A program made the position numbers and the translations under genes. The notes under the pieces were generated by a model. The model saw only the letters and a program-made list of their open reading frames with translations. It did not search any database and was not told where the DNA came from. From positions 82,314 through 122,102 of the forward strand of contig JARVGK010000004.1 of the NCBI GenBank assembly GCA_029762535.1: a stretch of 39,789 nt of DNA. The letters run 5' to 3'. This document shows, one piece after another, positions 19,523 through 26,949 of this stretch. Position 1 is the first letter of the stretch. Each line of letters opens with the position of its first letter. Origin of the DNA: Thermoplasmatota archaeon. Lineage in GTDB: Archaea > Thermoplasmatota > Penumbrarchaeia > Penumbrarchaeales > Penumbrarchaeaceae.

Positions 19523-20314
19523 ATGGAACCCATTGGCGAAAGATCCTGGAAGCAGTACTATGAGGACGAGAGGACATCAAGGAGAAAAGAGCTGGAAGAC
19601 CGCATGAGGCAGGCCTGGGACCAGGACGACCCCGAGGTGCTGAATGTCCTTCAGAAGGGAGGGGCCCTCTCCTTTCCCCACAGCTATATCGATACCAGCT
19701 TCGACCCTCTCCTGAGGACCGTCAGAGCAATTCACCGATCGGGTAAGAAGAGGGTGCTCGCCTTGGGCGTTATGCACTACTTAGGAGACGAGATCCCCCT
19801 GGAGTTCTCCCTCGACGGGTTCAGGTTCGCAATGGATATGGCCAGGGACCTGTTCTCGACCGATGAGGTCCCGATACGGGAGGAATTCTTCTTTAGGGAC
19901 GACATCCCCCTGTCCGACACGGAAGGCATCGTGAATTACATAATCGGGAAGGGAAGGGAGGCCGCGCCCGGACCGGATGATGAAACGGCCATAGTGATGA
20001 CCGGGGACCTATCCCACTACGGACATGCCTACGGCATAGAGGACACGGTCCCGGAATACGAGAGCCTCATGAAGAAGGACGTCGAGCGCGCTCTTATGCT
20101 GCTCTGGAGCAGGAAGGATCCGATAGCCTATCTGGAACACGCCCGCGCGTCCCACAACGATCAGGCATATCCCGCTCTGGCCCTTTTCGGTATGTTAAAA
20201 GGCGATCTCGAATACAGGATATTCGACTTCGGCATCGCAGATTACGCAAAGGTCCTGGACAAGCCGGTGCCGTCCGTTGTGGCCTCGGTCTTCTACGGCG
20301 TCAATCCCAAATGA
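19523..20314 (+). CDS. Divergent MEMO1/AmmeMemoRadiSam protein B-like (LigB-fold) protein
   Basis: FPHSY, LGVMH, EFSL and TGDLSHYG line up with the MEMO motifs PHAGY, LGPSH, EHSLE and SSDFSHYG. AGGAGG SD precedes ATG 19523. Confidence 0.6.
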   Translation: MEPIGERSWKQYYEDERTSRRKELEDRMRQAWDQDDPEVLNVLQKGGALSFPHSYIDTSFDPLLRTVRAIHRSGKKRVLALGVMHYLGDEIPLEFSLDGFRFAMDMARDLFSTDEVPIREEFFFRDDIPLSDTEGIVNYIIGKGREAAPGPDDETAIVMTGDLSHYGHAYGIEDTVPEYESLMKKDVERALMLLWSRKDPIAYLEHARASHNDQAYPALALFGMLKGDLEYRIFDFGIADYAKVLDKPVPSVVASVFYGVNPK

Positions 20315-20348
20315 AAGTTTTAGATTGAAGGGGGCACATACCGGGATC

Positions 20349-21800
20349 ATGCGCAGGACCAAGATAGTCTGTACCATAGGCCCCTCATGTTCGGACATCG
20401 ATATGCTCACCGAGCTCCGTGAGGCCGGAATGAACCTTGCCAGGCTCAACATGTCCCACGGCGATCACGCCTTTCACAAGAGGGTCTTCGATTCCATCAG
20501 GGACATGCCCGAAGGAAAGGCCATCCCCGTCATGTTCGACATACAGGGGCCGAAGATCAGGGTCGGGCGCCTTGACGGACCGATGATCGTCAAGGCGGGA
20601 GAGAGTATCGAGGTGTTCCCCGGAGAGGGTCCCGGATCCGAGAACCGCCTCCCGATAGATTATCCGAAGCTGCTGGAGGAGCTTAAGGTCGGGGACGAGG
20701 TGTTCATCAACGACGGGACCGTTCGCATCGTGGTGGCCCGGGTCGAAGGGGACCATCTTCTGTGTACGGTCGAGAACGGGGGCGTGATCTCGGAGAGGAA
20801 GGGGTGCAACATCCCCTCGAGCAACCTCTCGGTATCCGTCCCGACCGATAAGGACCTCAGGGACCTTGATTTCATATCGGCATTGGACCCAGAATACATA
20901 GCGGTCTCTTTCGTCAACTCGCCCGATGACGTGGAGAGGGTCAGGGACCTCCTTATCGAACTCGGAGCCCCTCGCGTCAAGCTCGTATCGAAGATCGAGA
21001 GACCGCTGGCCCTGAAGAACATAGAGGGCATAATCGAAAAAAGCGACGCCGTGATGGTCGCACGGGGCGATCTCGGCGTGGAGATCCCGCCCGAGTTCGT
21101 GCCCCAGGCGCAGAAGGATATAATCCTGAGTTGCAACAGGGGTGGAATACCGGTCATCGTCGCAACGCAGATGCTCGAGTCCATGGTATTGAACCCCCGA
21201 CCCACCCGCGCGGAGGCCAACGATGTTTTCAACGCTGTCCTCGATGGCGCGGACGCGCTCATGCTCTCCGCCGAGACCTCCGCTGGCAGATACCCGGCAG
21301 GGTCCGTCCGGTTCATGGACAGGATAATCAGGTCCGCCGAATCCGTCCTGCAGATGAGGGACCCTGACTACTATGACTCACCCAAGGGGAGCGCCGTGGA
21401 AGCGGCCGGGCACGCCGTGTTCACCCTCGCCAAGGAGATAGTTGAAATGCAAAGGAAGGGCTGTATAATCGCCGTGACCGAAAGCGGGTTCTCCGCAAGG
21501 ATGATCTCCAAATACAGGCCAGTCCTGCCCATCATCGCCATGAGCCCGGATGAGAGAACCTCGAGGGAGCTCGATCTGGTCTGGGGCGTGAGGCCCGTGC
21601 GCTCGAGGGACCTTGTCCACGGGGATATCGAGTCCCGAGCCGTATCGGCCCTGACCTCCGCCCGGAAGATGGGGCTGGTAGGTCCAGGCGAGAGCGTGAT
21701 AATGGCCTTCACATCGATCGAATGCGGAGGGGCCGGCATATACACGGCGATCTACGATGTCGATGAGGTCCTGGCAAGGTGCTCAGACGGGGCGGTGTGA
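20349..21800 (+). CDS. pyk: Pyruvate kinase
   Basis: RRTKIVCTIGPS, ARLNMSHG, DIQGPKIR, SKIE, MVARGDLGVE, ATQMLESM, PTRAE..DV.NA..DG.D..MLS.ET. Confidence 0.97.
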   Translation: MRRTKIVCTIGPSCSDIDMLTELREAGMNLARLNMSHGDHAFHKRVFDSIRDMPEGKAIPVMFDIQGPKIRVGRLDGPMIVKAGESIEVFPGEGPGSENRLPIDYPKLLEELKVGDEVFINDGTVRIVVARVEGDHLLCTVENGGVISERKGCNIPSSNLSVSVPTDKDLRDLDFISALDPEYIAVSFVNSPDDVERVRDLLIELGAPRVKLVSKIERPLALKNIEGIIEKSDAVMVARGDLGVEIPPEFVPQAQKDIILSCNRGGIPVIVATQMLESMVLNPRPTRAEANDVFNAVLDGADALMLSAETSAGRYPAGSVRFMDRIIRSAESVLQMRDPDYYDSPKGSAVEAAGHAVFTLAKEIVEMQRKGCIIAVTESGFSARMISKYRPVLPIIAMSPDERTSRELDLVWGVRPVRSRDLVHGDIESRAVSALTSARKMGLVGPGESVIMAFTSIECGGAGIYTAIYDVDEVLARCSDGAV

Positions 21801-23078
21801 CCCCCATTTCTCCAGCGCCTCCCCGAGGGCAGGAGCGCTCCTTGCCTTCTCCTTAAGCGAGATCCCATCGTTGAAGGCCTCGATCGCCTGCATGGATGCC
21901 TCGGCGCCTCTTCTGGTCCCTTTCGGATGGCCGTGTATGCCTCCGCTGACGAGCAGCACCATGTCGTTGCCGTAGAACCTCATCACGTCCGGGACAAGCC
22001 CTGGGTGCAGTCCTCCGGAGGCAACGGGGAAAGCGCTCTTGATCCTCCCCCAGTCCTGTTCCAGTGTCCTGCCCTCGTAGGCAGGGGTGCGCTTCAACCT
22101 CATGATACCCGCCAGGGACTCGAGCTCCGTCTCCGTTCCGACCAACTTCCCCACGGCTGTTCCCGTATGCAGCTGGTCCATGCCGATGAGCCTCATCTCC
22201 TTGGCCAGGAACTGCATGGAGATCCCGTGGTGGGGGTCCCTTGTGAACGAGGCGTGCATGGCCCTGTGGGCGTGTATGGTCATTCCCAGGTCGGAAAGGA
22301 AGGCCCTCATCGTCTGCAGTGCCGATGTCCCGACGATAACGACGTCCATCATGACGTAGTCGAACCCGTGATCGTGAAGGACCCTGGCCCTTCGCTTCAT
22401 CTCCTCCGTCTCCGCAGTGATGTTGACGAACGCGCCCTTTCTCTCTCCCGTGAGCCTCTCCGCCTTCTCCCTGTATCTCGCTATCAGCTCCACCCTCTTG
22501 TCGAACTTGTTGAAGGATAGGGAGGAGAGGTTCTCATCGTCCTTGACGAAGTCGAAGCCTCCCATCCAGGTCTCGAAACCCACCCGGGCATGCTCAGCGG
22601 CTGAGAAACCGATCTTTGGTTTGGGAACGGCCCCGGTGAGGGGCCTCTTGTATACCTTATAGCGCTTTCTGATCCCTTCCATTCCAACGAGCGGGCCCTT
22701 GAACGCCCTGACGTACGATGGTGGGAAGCGTACATCGATCAGCCTCAGGCTCCTTACGCCCTTCATTCCGAATATATTGCCCGCGATCCCGCTTTTGAGC
22801 TGGGCGAAGTTACCCCTCTCCCATAGAGCGGAGGGATAGGAGACCTTCAGCAGGTCACCCCTCATCCAGTATGATGTGGCTTTGAGCGCATCCATCCTCT
22901 TGGGCATGTTCGACAGCGTCGTCCACGTTCCCGTCGAGCTCTCGGAGGCGATCCTCCCCGCGGATTCGGCCCTTGACATCCCCTCGGGAGGCTCGAATGA
23001 GAACAGCGCTATGATATCTTCCTTCTCTGGCTCGTGTTCCATATCGACGAACTCGCCGTACCAGTCTATAGTGCTCAT
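21783..23078 (-). CDS. rbcL: Ribulose-1,5-bisphosphate carboxylase, form III (archaeal type)
   Basis: ESSTGTWT, AGNIFGMK, PKPK, GGFDFVKDDEN, HAHRAMH, LHTGT.VGKL, ASGGLHP, GGIHGHP. Catalytic residues are present and there is no small subunit. Confidence 0.95.
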   Translation of the reverse strand: MSTIDWYGEFVDMEHEPEKEDIIALFSFEPPEGMSRAESAGRIASESSTGTWTTLSNMPKRMDALKATSYWMRGDLLKVSYPSALWERGNFAQLKSGIAGNIFGMKGVRSLRLIDVRFPPSYVRAFKGPLVGMEGIRKRYKVYKRPLTGAVPKPKIGFSAAEHARVGFETWMGGFDFVKDDENLSSLSFNKFDKRVELIARYREKAERLTGERKGAFVNITAETEEMKRRARVLHDHGFDYVMMDVVIVGTSALQTMRAFLSDLGMTIHAHRAMHASFTRDPHHGISMQFLAKEMRLIGMDQLHTGTAVGKLVGTETELESLAGIMRLKRTPAYEGRTLEQDWGRIKSAFPVASGGLHPGLVPDVMRFYGNDMVLLVSGGIHGHPKGTRRGAEASMQAIEAFNDGISLKEKARSAPALGEALEKWGSHRPV

Positions 23079-23100
23079 ACGACTAACATGAACCTCGGAA

Positions 23101-23170
23101 CGTATAAATGTAGTGCTTGATGCCGCTTGGCCATGTTGATATTAATCGTTTCGTAAACTGTTTATAATAT
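23101..23170. promoter_or_regulatory. Back-to-back TATA boxes for rbcL (- strand) and pnp (+ strand)
   Basis: TTTATA on the minus strand at 23103-23108, about 25 nt from the rbcL ATG (leaderless-type spacing). TTTATAA on the plus strand at 23161-23167. Confidence 0.6.
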
Positions 23171-23187
23171 CAGTTATTATGGGCTCC

Positions 23188-23403
23188 GGAAAGAAAAAGA
23201 AAAAAAAATATGGGCCGGCCATCGAGGGATAGGCCCGGGAAGCGTATTCACGTTCATGCGGTGTGTTCGAACCCGCTTTCATCCACGAAGGATGGGACCC
23301 GATCGGACCTCGTGGTCCGGGACGGGACGGTTTTTCCACGCATGGTCCTGTTGCGGACCGGTTCATCCCCGATAGGGGACCTGGCACTGGAAAAGGTGAT
23401 GTA
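23188..23403 (+). other. Long structured 5' leader (or ncRNA) of pnp
   Basis: A-tract followed by successive stems: GGGCC/GGCCC, GCGG/CCGC, CATCC/GGATG, CGGACC/GGTCCG, GGTCC/GGACC, TCCCC/GGGGA, and a closing TTTTCCA/TGGAAAA next to the SD AGGTGA. Confidence 0.6.
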
Positions 23404-25659
23404 ATGACGTATAAAAAGTTCGAGATGGAGCTCTCGGGAAAGAAATTGACGATAGAGACGGGAAAGCTGGCACTTCAGGCCGGATCATCAGTGACCGCCA
23501 GGATCGGGGATACCCTGGTCCTTGCCACGGTGACGATGGCCAAGAAACCCAGGGCGAACATGGACTTCTTCCCCCTGATGGTGGACTACGAGGAACGATA
23601 TTTCGCGGGGGGAAAGATAAAGGGCCCCAGGTTCATGAAGAGGGAAGGAAGGCCCTCCGGAGAAGCCATTCTGATAGGTAGGATGATAGATCGGGGCCTC
23701 AGGCCTCTGTTCCCCAACGAGATAAGGAACGATATTCAGGTCATATTGCTGCCGCTCAGCCTGGACGAGGAGAACAGGCCGGACATCGTCGGGATGATAG
23801 CGGCATGCACGGCATTGCATATGTCAAACATCCCATTCGACGGACCGATAGCCGGATTGAGGGTCGGGATGGTGACGGGGGACCTCGTGATCAATCCGAC
23901 CATAGAGGAGCAGGAGTATTCCGAATTGAATCTCGTGGTGATGGGGGACAAGGACAGGCTCACAATGGTGGACTGCGACGCAATGGAGGTAGATGACGAG
24001 ACCATGAAGGTCGCATTCAAGGAGGCGATGAAGGCTCTGGAACCTCTGACATCGTTCATAGACGACATAAGAAAGGAGATCGGACATGAGAAGTTGAAGG
24101 TCGAGGACCTGGCAAAGCCCTTGGAGCTCTCGGATGAGGACAAGGAGGCCATAAAGAAGCTCAAGGCCGCCTCGAAGCCCATGCTGAAGAAATACCTGTT
24201 CAACTCTCCCAAAGGATCCAAATCCGAGCGATGGGACGTCCTTAATAAGATGGAGGAGGAGCTGGTGGAGAAGAACGCCTCCAAGTTCGTTACCGGGGAC
24301 CGCGATGAGGAGGCCTCGAAAGAATACCTGAGTAAACTCTTAGGGAATTTCTTCCACGATTACATAGAGGAGCAGGTCACCCTTGCGATACTGGACAGCG
24401 ACCAGAGGGTGGACGGACGGACACTGGACCAGATCAGGCCCCTGTCCGCCGAGGTCTCCATCCTTCCCCGAACACACGGATCGGGCCTGTTCTCAAGGGG
24501 TGAGACGCAGATACTTTCCGTCGTCACATTGGGGTCGCCCGGGGACGATCTCATAATAGAGACCATGGAGCGCAACGAGAACAAGAGGTACTTCCATCAT
24601 TACAATTTCCTCCCCTACTCCGTCGGGGAGGTGAAACCTCTTAGGGGCGCTGGCAGAAGGGAGATCGGCCACGGCGCGCTTGCCGAGAAGGCACTAAAGC
24701 CAGTGTTGCCGCTCGAGGACGAGTTCCCGTACACGATAAGGGTGGTGAGCGAGGTGATGGGGAGCAACGGTTCCTCCTCGATGGCGAGCACCTGCGGCTC
24801 GACCCTCGCCCTCATGGACGCGGGCGTCCCGTTGAAGAGGCATGTAGCGGGCATAGCTATGGGGCTCGCATCGGACGGAAAGAGATGGAAGGTCCTCACG
24901 GACCTGCAGGACCTCGAGGACGGTGCCGGTGGAATGGACTTCAAGGTCACTTCGACCAGGAACGGCTTGACCGGGGTACAGATGGACACGAAGACGCGGG
25001 GGCTCTCAAGCGAGATCATAGAGGCGACGTTCCCGCAGATGAGAAAGGCCATCGATGAGGTCCTCACGGTGCTGGAGACGGCGATACCGGAGCCCAGAAA
25101 GGAGCTCTCAAGTTACGCACCCAGGATCATACAGATGATGATCGACCCGGAGAAGATAGGCGAGGTCATAGGCCCCGGAGGCAAGGTGATAAGGGGGCTG
25201 TGCTCCGAACTGGGCGTCGACATCGACGTGAACGATGACGGAATAGTCACCATCACATCGACGGACCCGGTCATGGCAAAGGAGGCCGAGGAGCGGATAA
25301 AAGGGATCGTCAAGGTGGTCGAGGTCGGAGAGGTCTATCGCGATGTCGAGGTCGTGAGGATACTGCCCTTCGGCGCGATGGTGGAGATAACCCCCAACAC
25401 CAACGCACTTATCCATATCTCGGACATAGACTGGGAGAGAACCCCCCGTGTGGAGGACAAGCTCAAGATCGGTCAGAGGGTGGACGTCAAGGTCGTGCGG
25501 ATGGAGAGGGGCAAGATCGACGTGTCCATGAAGGCGCTGAAGCCCAGACCTGAGGGTTTCAGCGAGAGCCAGAGCAGGGACGACAGAAGGTCAGGTCCCC
25601 GTGACCGCGACAATCAGAGGAACCGTAACAGGCCGAGGCCGAACTTCAAGAGGAATTAG
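23404..25659 (+). CDS. pnp: Polyribonucleotide nucleotidyltransferase (bacterial-type PNPase)
   Basis: ETGKLA.QA, DFFPL.VDYEE, REGRPS, R.IDR.LRPLFP, HGSGLF.RGETQ, HYNF...SVGE, RREIGHG.LA, SNGSSSMAS, MDFKV, KH (IGPGGK.I) and S1 domains. AGGTGA SD precedes ATG 23404. Confidence 0.97.
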   Translation: MTYKKFEMELSGKKLTIETGKLALQAGSSVTARIGDTLVLATVTMAKKPRANMDFFPLMVDYEERYFAGGKIKGPRFMKREGRPSGEAILIGRMIDRGLRPLFPNEIRNDIQVILLPLSLDEENRPDIVGMIAACTALHMSNIPFDGPIAGLRVGMVTGDLVINPTIEEQEYSELNLVVMGDKDRLTMVDCDAMEVDDETMKVAFKEAMKALEPLTSFIDDIRKEIGHEKLKVEDLAKPLELSDEDKEAIKKLKAASKPMLKKYLFNSPKGSKSERWDVLNKMEEELVEKNASKFVTGDRDEEASKEYLSKLLGNFFHDYIEEQVTLAILDSDQRVDGRTLDQIRPLSAEVSILPRTHGSGLFSRGETQILSVVTLGSPGDDLIIETMERNENKRYFHHYNFLPYSVGEVKPLRGAGRREIGHGALAEKALKPVLPLEDEFPYTIRVVSEVMGSNGSSSMASTCGSTLALMDAGVPLKRHVAGIAMGLASDGKRWKVLTDLQDLEDGAGGMDFKVTSTRNGLTGVQMDTKTRGLSSEIIEATFPQMRKAIDEVLTVLETAIPEPRKELSSYAPRIIQMMIDPEKIGEVIGPGGKVIRGLCSELGVDIDVNDDGIVTITSTDPVMAKEAEERIKGIVKVVEVGEVYRDVEVVRILPFGAMVEITPNTNALIHISDIDWERTPRVEDKLKIGQRVDVKVVRMERGKIDVSMKALKPRPEGFSESQSRDDRRSGPRDRDNQRNRNRPRPNFKRN

Positions 25660-26039
25660 TACAGGTCCCTACGGCCCAGGAACGCCCATAACAGCAGAAC
25701 GCACCACATCAGGGCCGCGAAAAGGTTCACGGTCCAGAAGGACCTCTTCCTGATCTTGTGACGGAACAGGAACATTCCAGCTAGCGATCCGGAGAACCCT
25801 CCAAGGAGGGGCAGAAGCAGCAGCAGGGACTCCGGGACCCTCCTTTTATTTGCGAGCGACGCCCCCTTGTCGATCGCATACAGGGCCAGGGCGGTCGCGG
25901 AAGAGGCGGCGATCCAGGAAAGCATCGGCCCGAGCGGGGTCAGGTACCAGAGAGTTGCGAAGGTCAGAAGCGTCGTGATCATCGAGGCTACCCAGAAAGG
26001 ATCCCTCTTCGCCCCCTCGTCCCTTCCTATCGAGGTCAT
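25656..26039 (-). CDS. DUF1294 (YsdA-like) membrane protein
   Basis: LYAIDK.A....RRVPE..LL....LGG..G...GM.LFRHK.RK signature. Confidence 0.88.
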   Translation of the reverse strand: MTSIGRDEGAKRDPFWVASMITTLLTFATLWYLTPLGPMLSWIAASSATALALYAIDKGASLANKRRVPESLLLLLPLLGGFSGSLAGMFLFRHKIRKRSFWTVNLFAALMWCVLLLWAFLGRRDLY

Positions 26040-26132
26040 CCGATGTCCTCCTTTGGGTAATGAGGCCTATAATATATCAAAACATATATCTATCTGAGTC
26101 CAATCCGCAAATATAGTTTAAAAGGTGAGGAA

Positions 26133-26936
26133 ATGACACCGAACGAGACTCCCATCGTCGAGACAAGGAAGTTGGTGAAGATATACGACACCGGCTCTGT
26201 TAAGGTGGAGGCCCTGCGTGGGATCGACCTCAAGGTTAACAAAGGGGAGATGGTCGCGATAATGGGTCCGTCCGGTTGCGGGAAGACGACCCTGCTGAAC
26301 TGTCTCTCGGGCCTGGACGACACCACATCGGGCAACGTCCTCGTGGAGAACGTCGATCTCGCCAGGATGAAGGACGATCAGAGGACGGATTACAGGGCAC
26401 GCAACATGGGTTTCGTCTTCCAGTTCTACAATCTGCTCCCCGTCCTTACGGCCCTGGAGAACGTGGAGATGGTCCTTCTTCTTGCGGGCGTTAGGGCATC
26501 CGAGGCCAGAAAGAAGGCGCAGAAGGCCCTTGAGCAGGTGGGCCTCAAGGGTTATGAGAAGCACAGGCCTTCTCAGCTCTCCGGAGGCCAAAGGCAGCGC
26601 GTGACCCTCGCCAGGGCCCTGGTCAACGATCCGAAGATAGTCTGGGCCGATGAGCCCACGGGGGACCTCGACAAGCGCAATTCCGAGGAGGTAATGGAGC
26701 TGATGAGGAATCTCAACCGGGACCTGAACATGACATTGGTCATCGTCACCCATGACCCGGACGTCGCCTCCAAATGCAGACGCATAATCCACATGGAGGA
26801 CGGTCTCATCGTAAAGGACGTGCCAATAACGGAAAAAGACGCACTGAAGCACCCCAGGGGCGGCGACTATACGATGTGCGGCGAGAAGGATTCAGGGGCC
26901 GCCAGGATAAGCCAGGAGCAGCAGCAGTCGCTATAG
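26133..26936 (+). CDS. ABC transporter ATP-binding protein (LolD/MacB/SalX family)
   Basis: [49 protein letters not shown]. Confidence 0.96.
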   Translation: MTPNETPIVETRKLVKIYDTGSVKVEALRGIDLKVNKGEMVAIMGPSGCGKTTLLNCLSGLDDTTSGNVLVENVDLARMKDDQRTDYRARNMGFVFQFYNLLPVLTALENVEMVLLLAGVRASEARKKAQKALEQVGLKGYEKHRPSQLSGGQRQRVTLARALVNDPKIVWADEPTGDLDKRNSEEVMELMRNLNRDLNMTLVIVTHDPDVASKCRRIIHMEDGLIVKDVPITEKDALKHPRGGDYTMCGEKDSGAARISQEQQQSL

Positions 26937-26949
26937 GAGCGCATGACCC

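Noticed and set aside
21783-23078. Calvin-cycle autotrophy or a RuBisCO-like protein (form IV)
   Set aside because: There is no rbcS or phosphoribulokinase in the window. Catalytic motifs (KDDE, HRAMH, loop-6 Lys) are intact and form III-like.
23258-23276. GTTCGAAC resembling a tRNA T-loop
   Set aside because: No 5-bp T-stem, acceptor stem or anticodon arm can be built on either strand.
23263-23403. 47-aa N-terminal extension of PNPase in the ORF track
   Set aside because: PNPase homology starts at MTYKKFEMEL, and a clear AGGTGA SD precedes ATG 23404.
26118-26852. 244-aa minus-strand ORF and similar long antisense ORFs (e.g. 4231..4956, 20660..21316, 35006..36046)
   Set aside because: These are shadow frames of well-supported genes, expected in GC-rich DNA, and carry no motifs.
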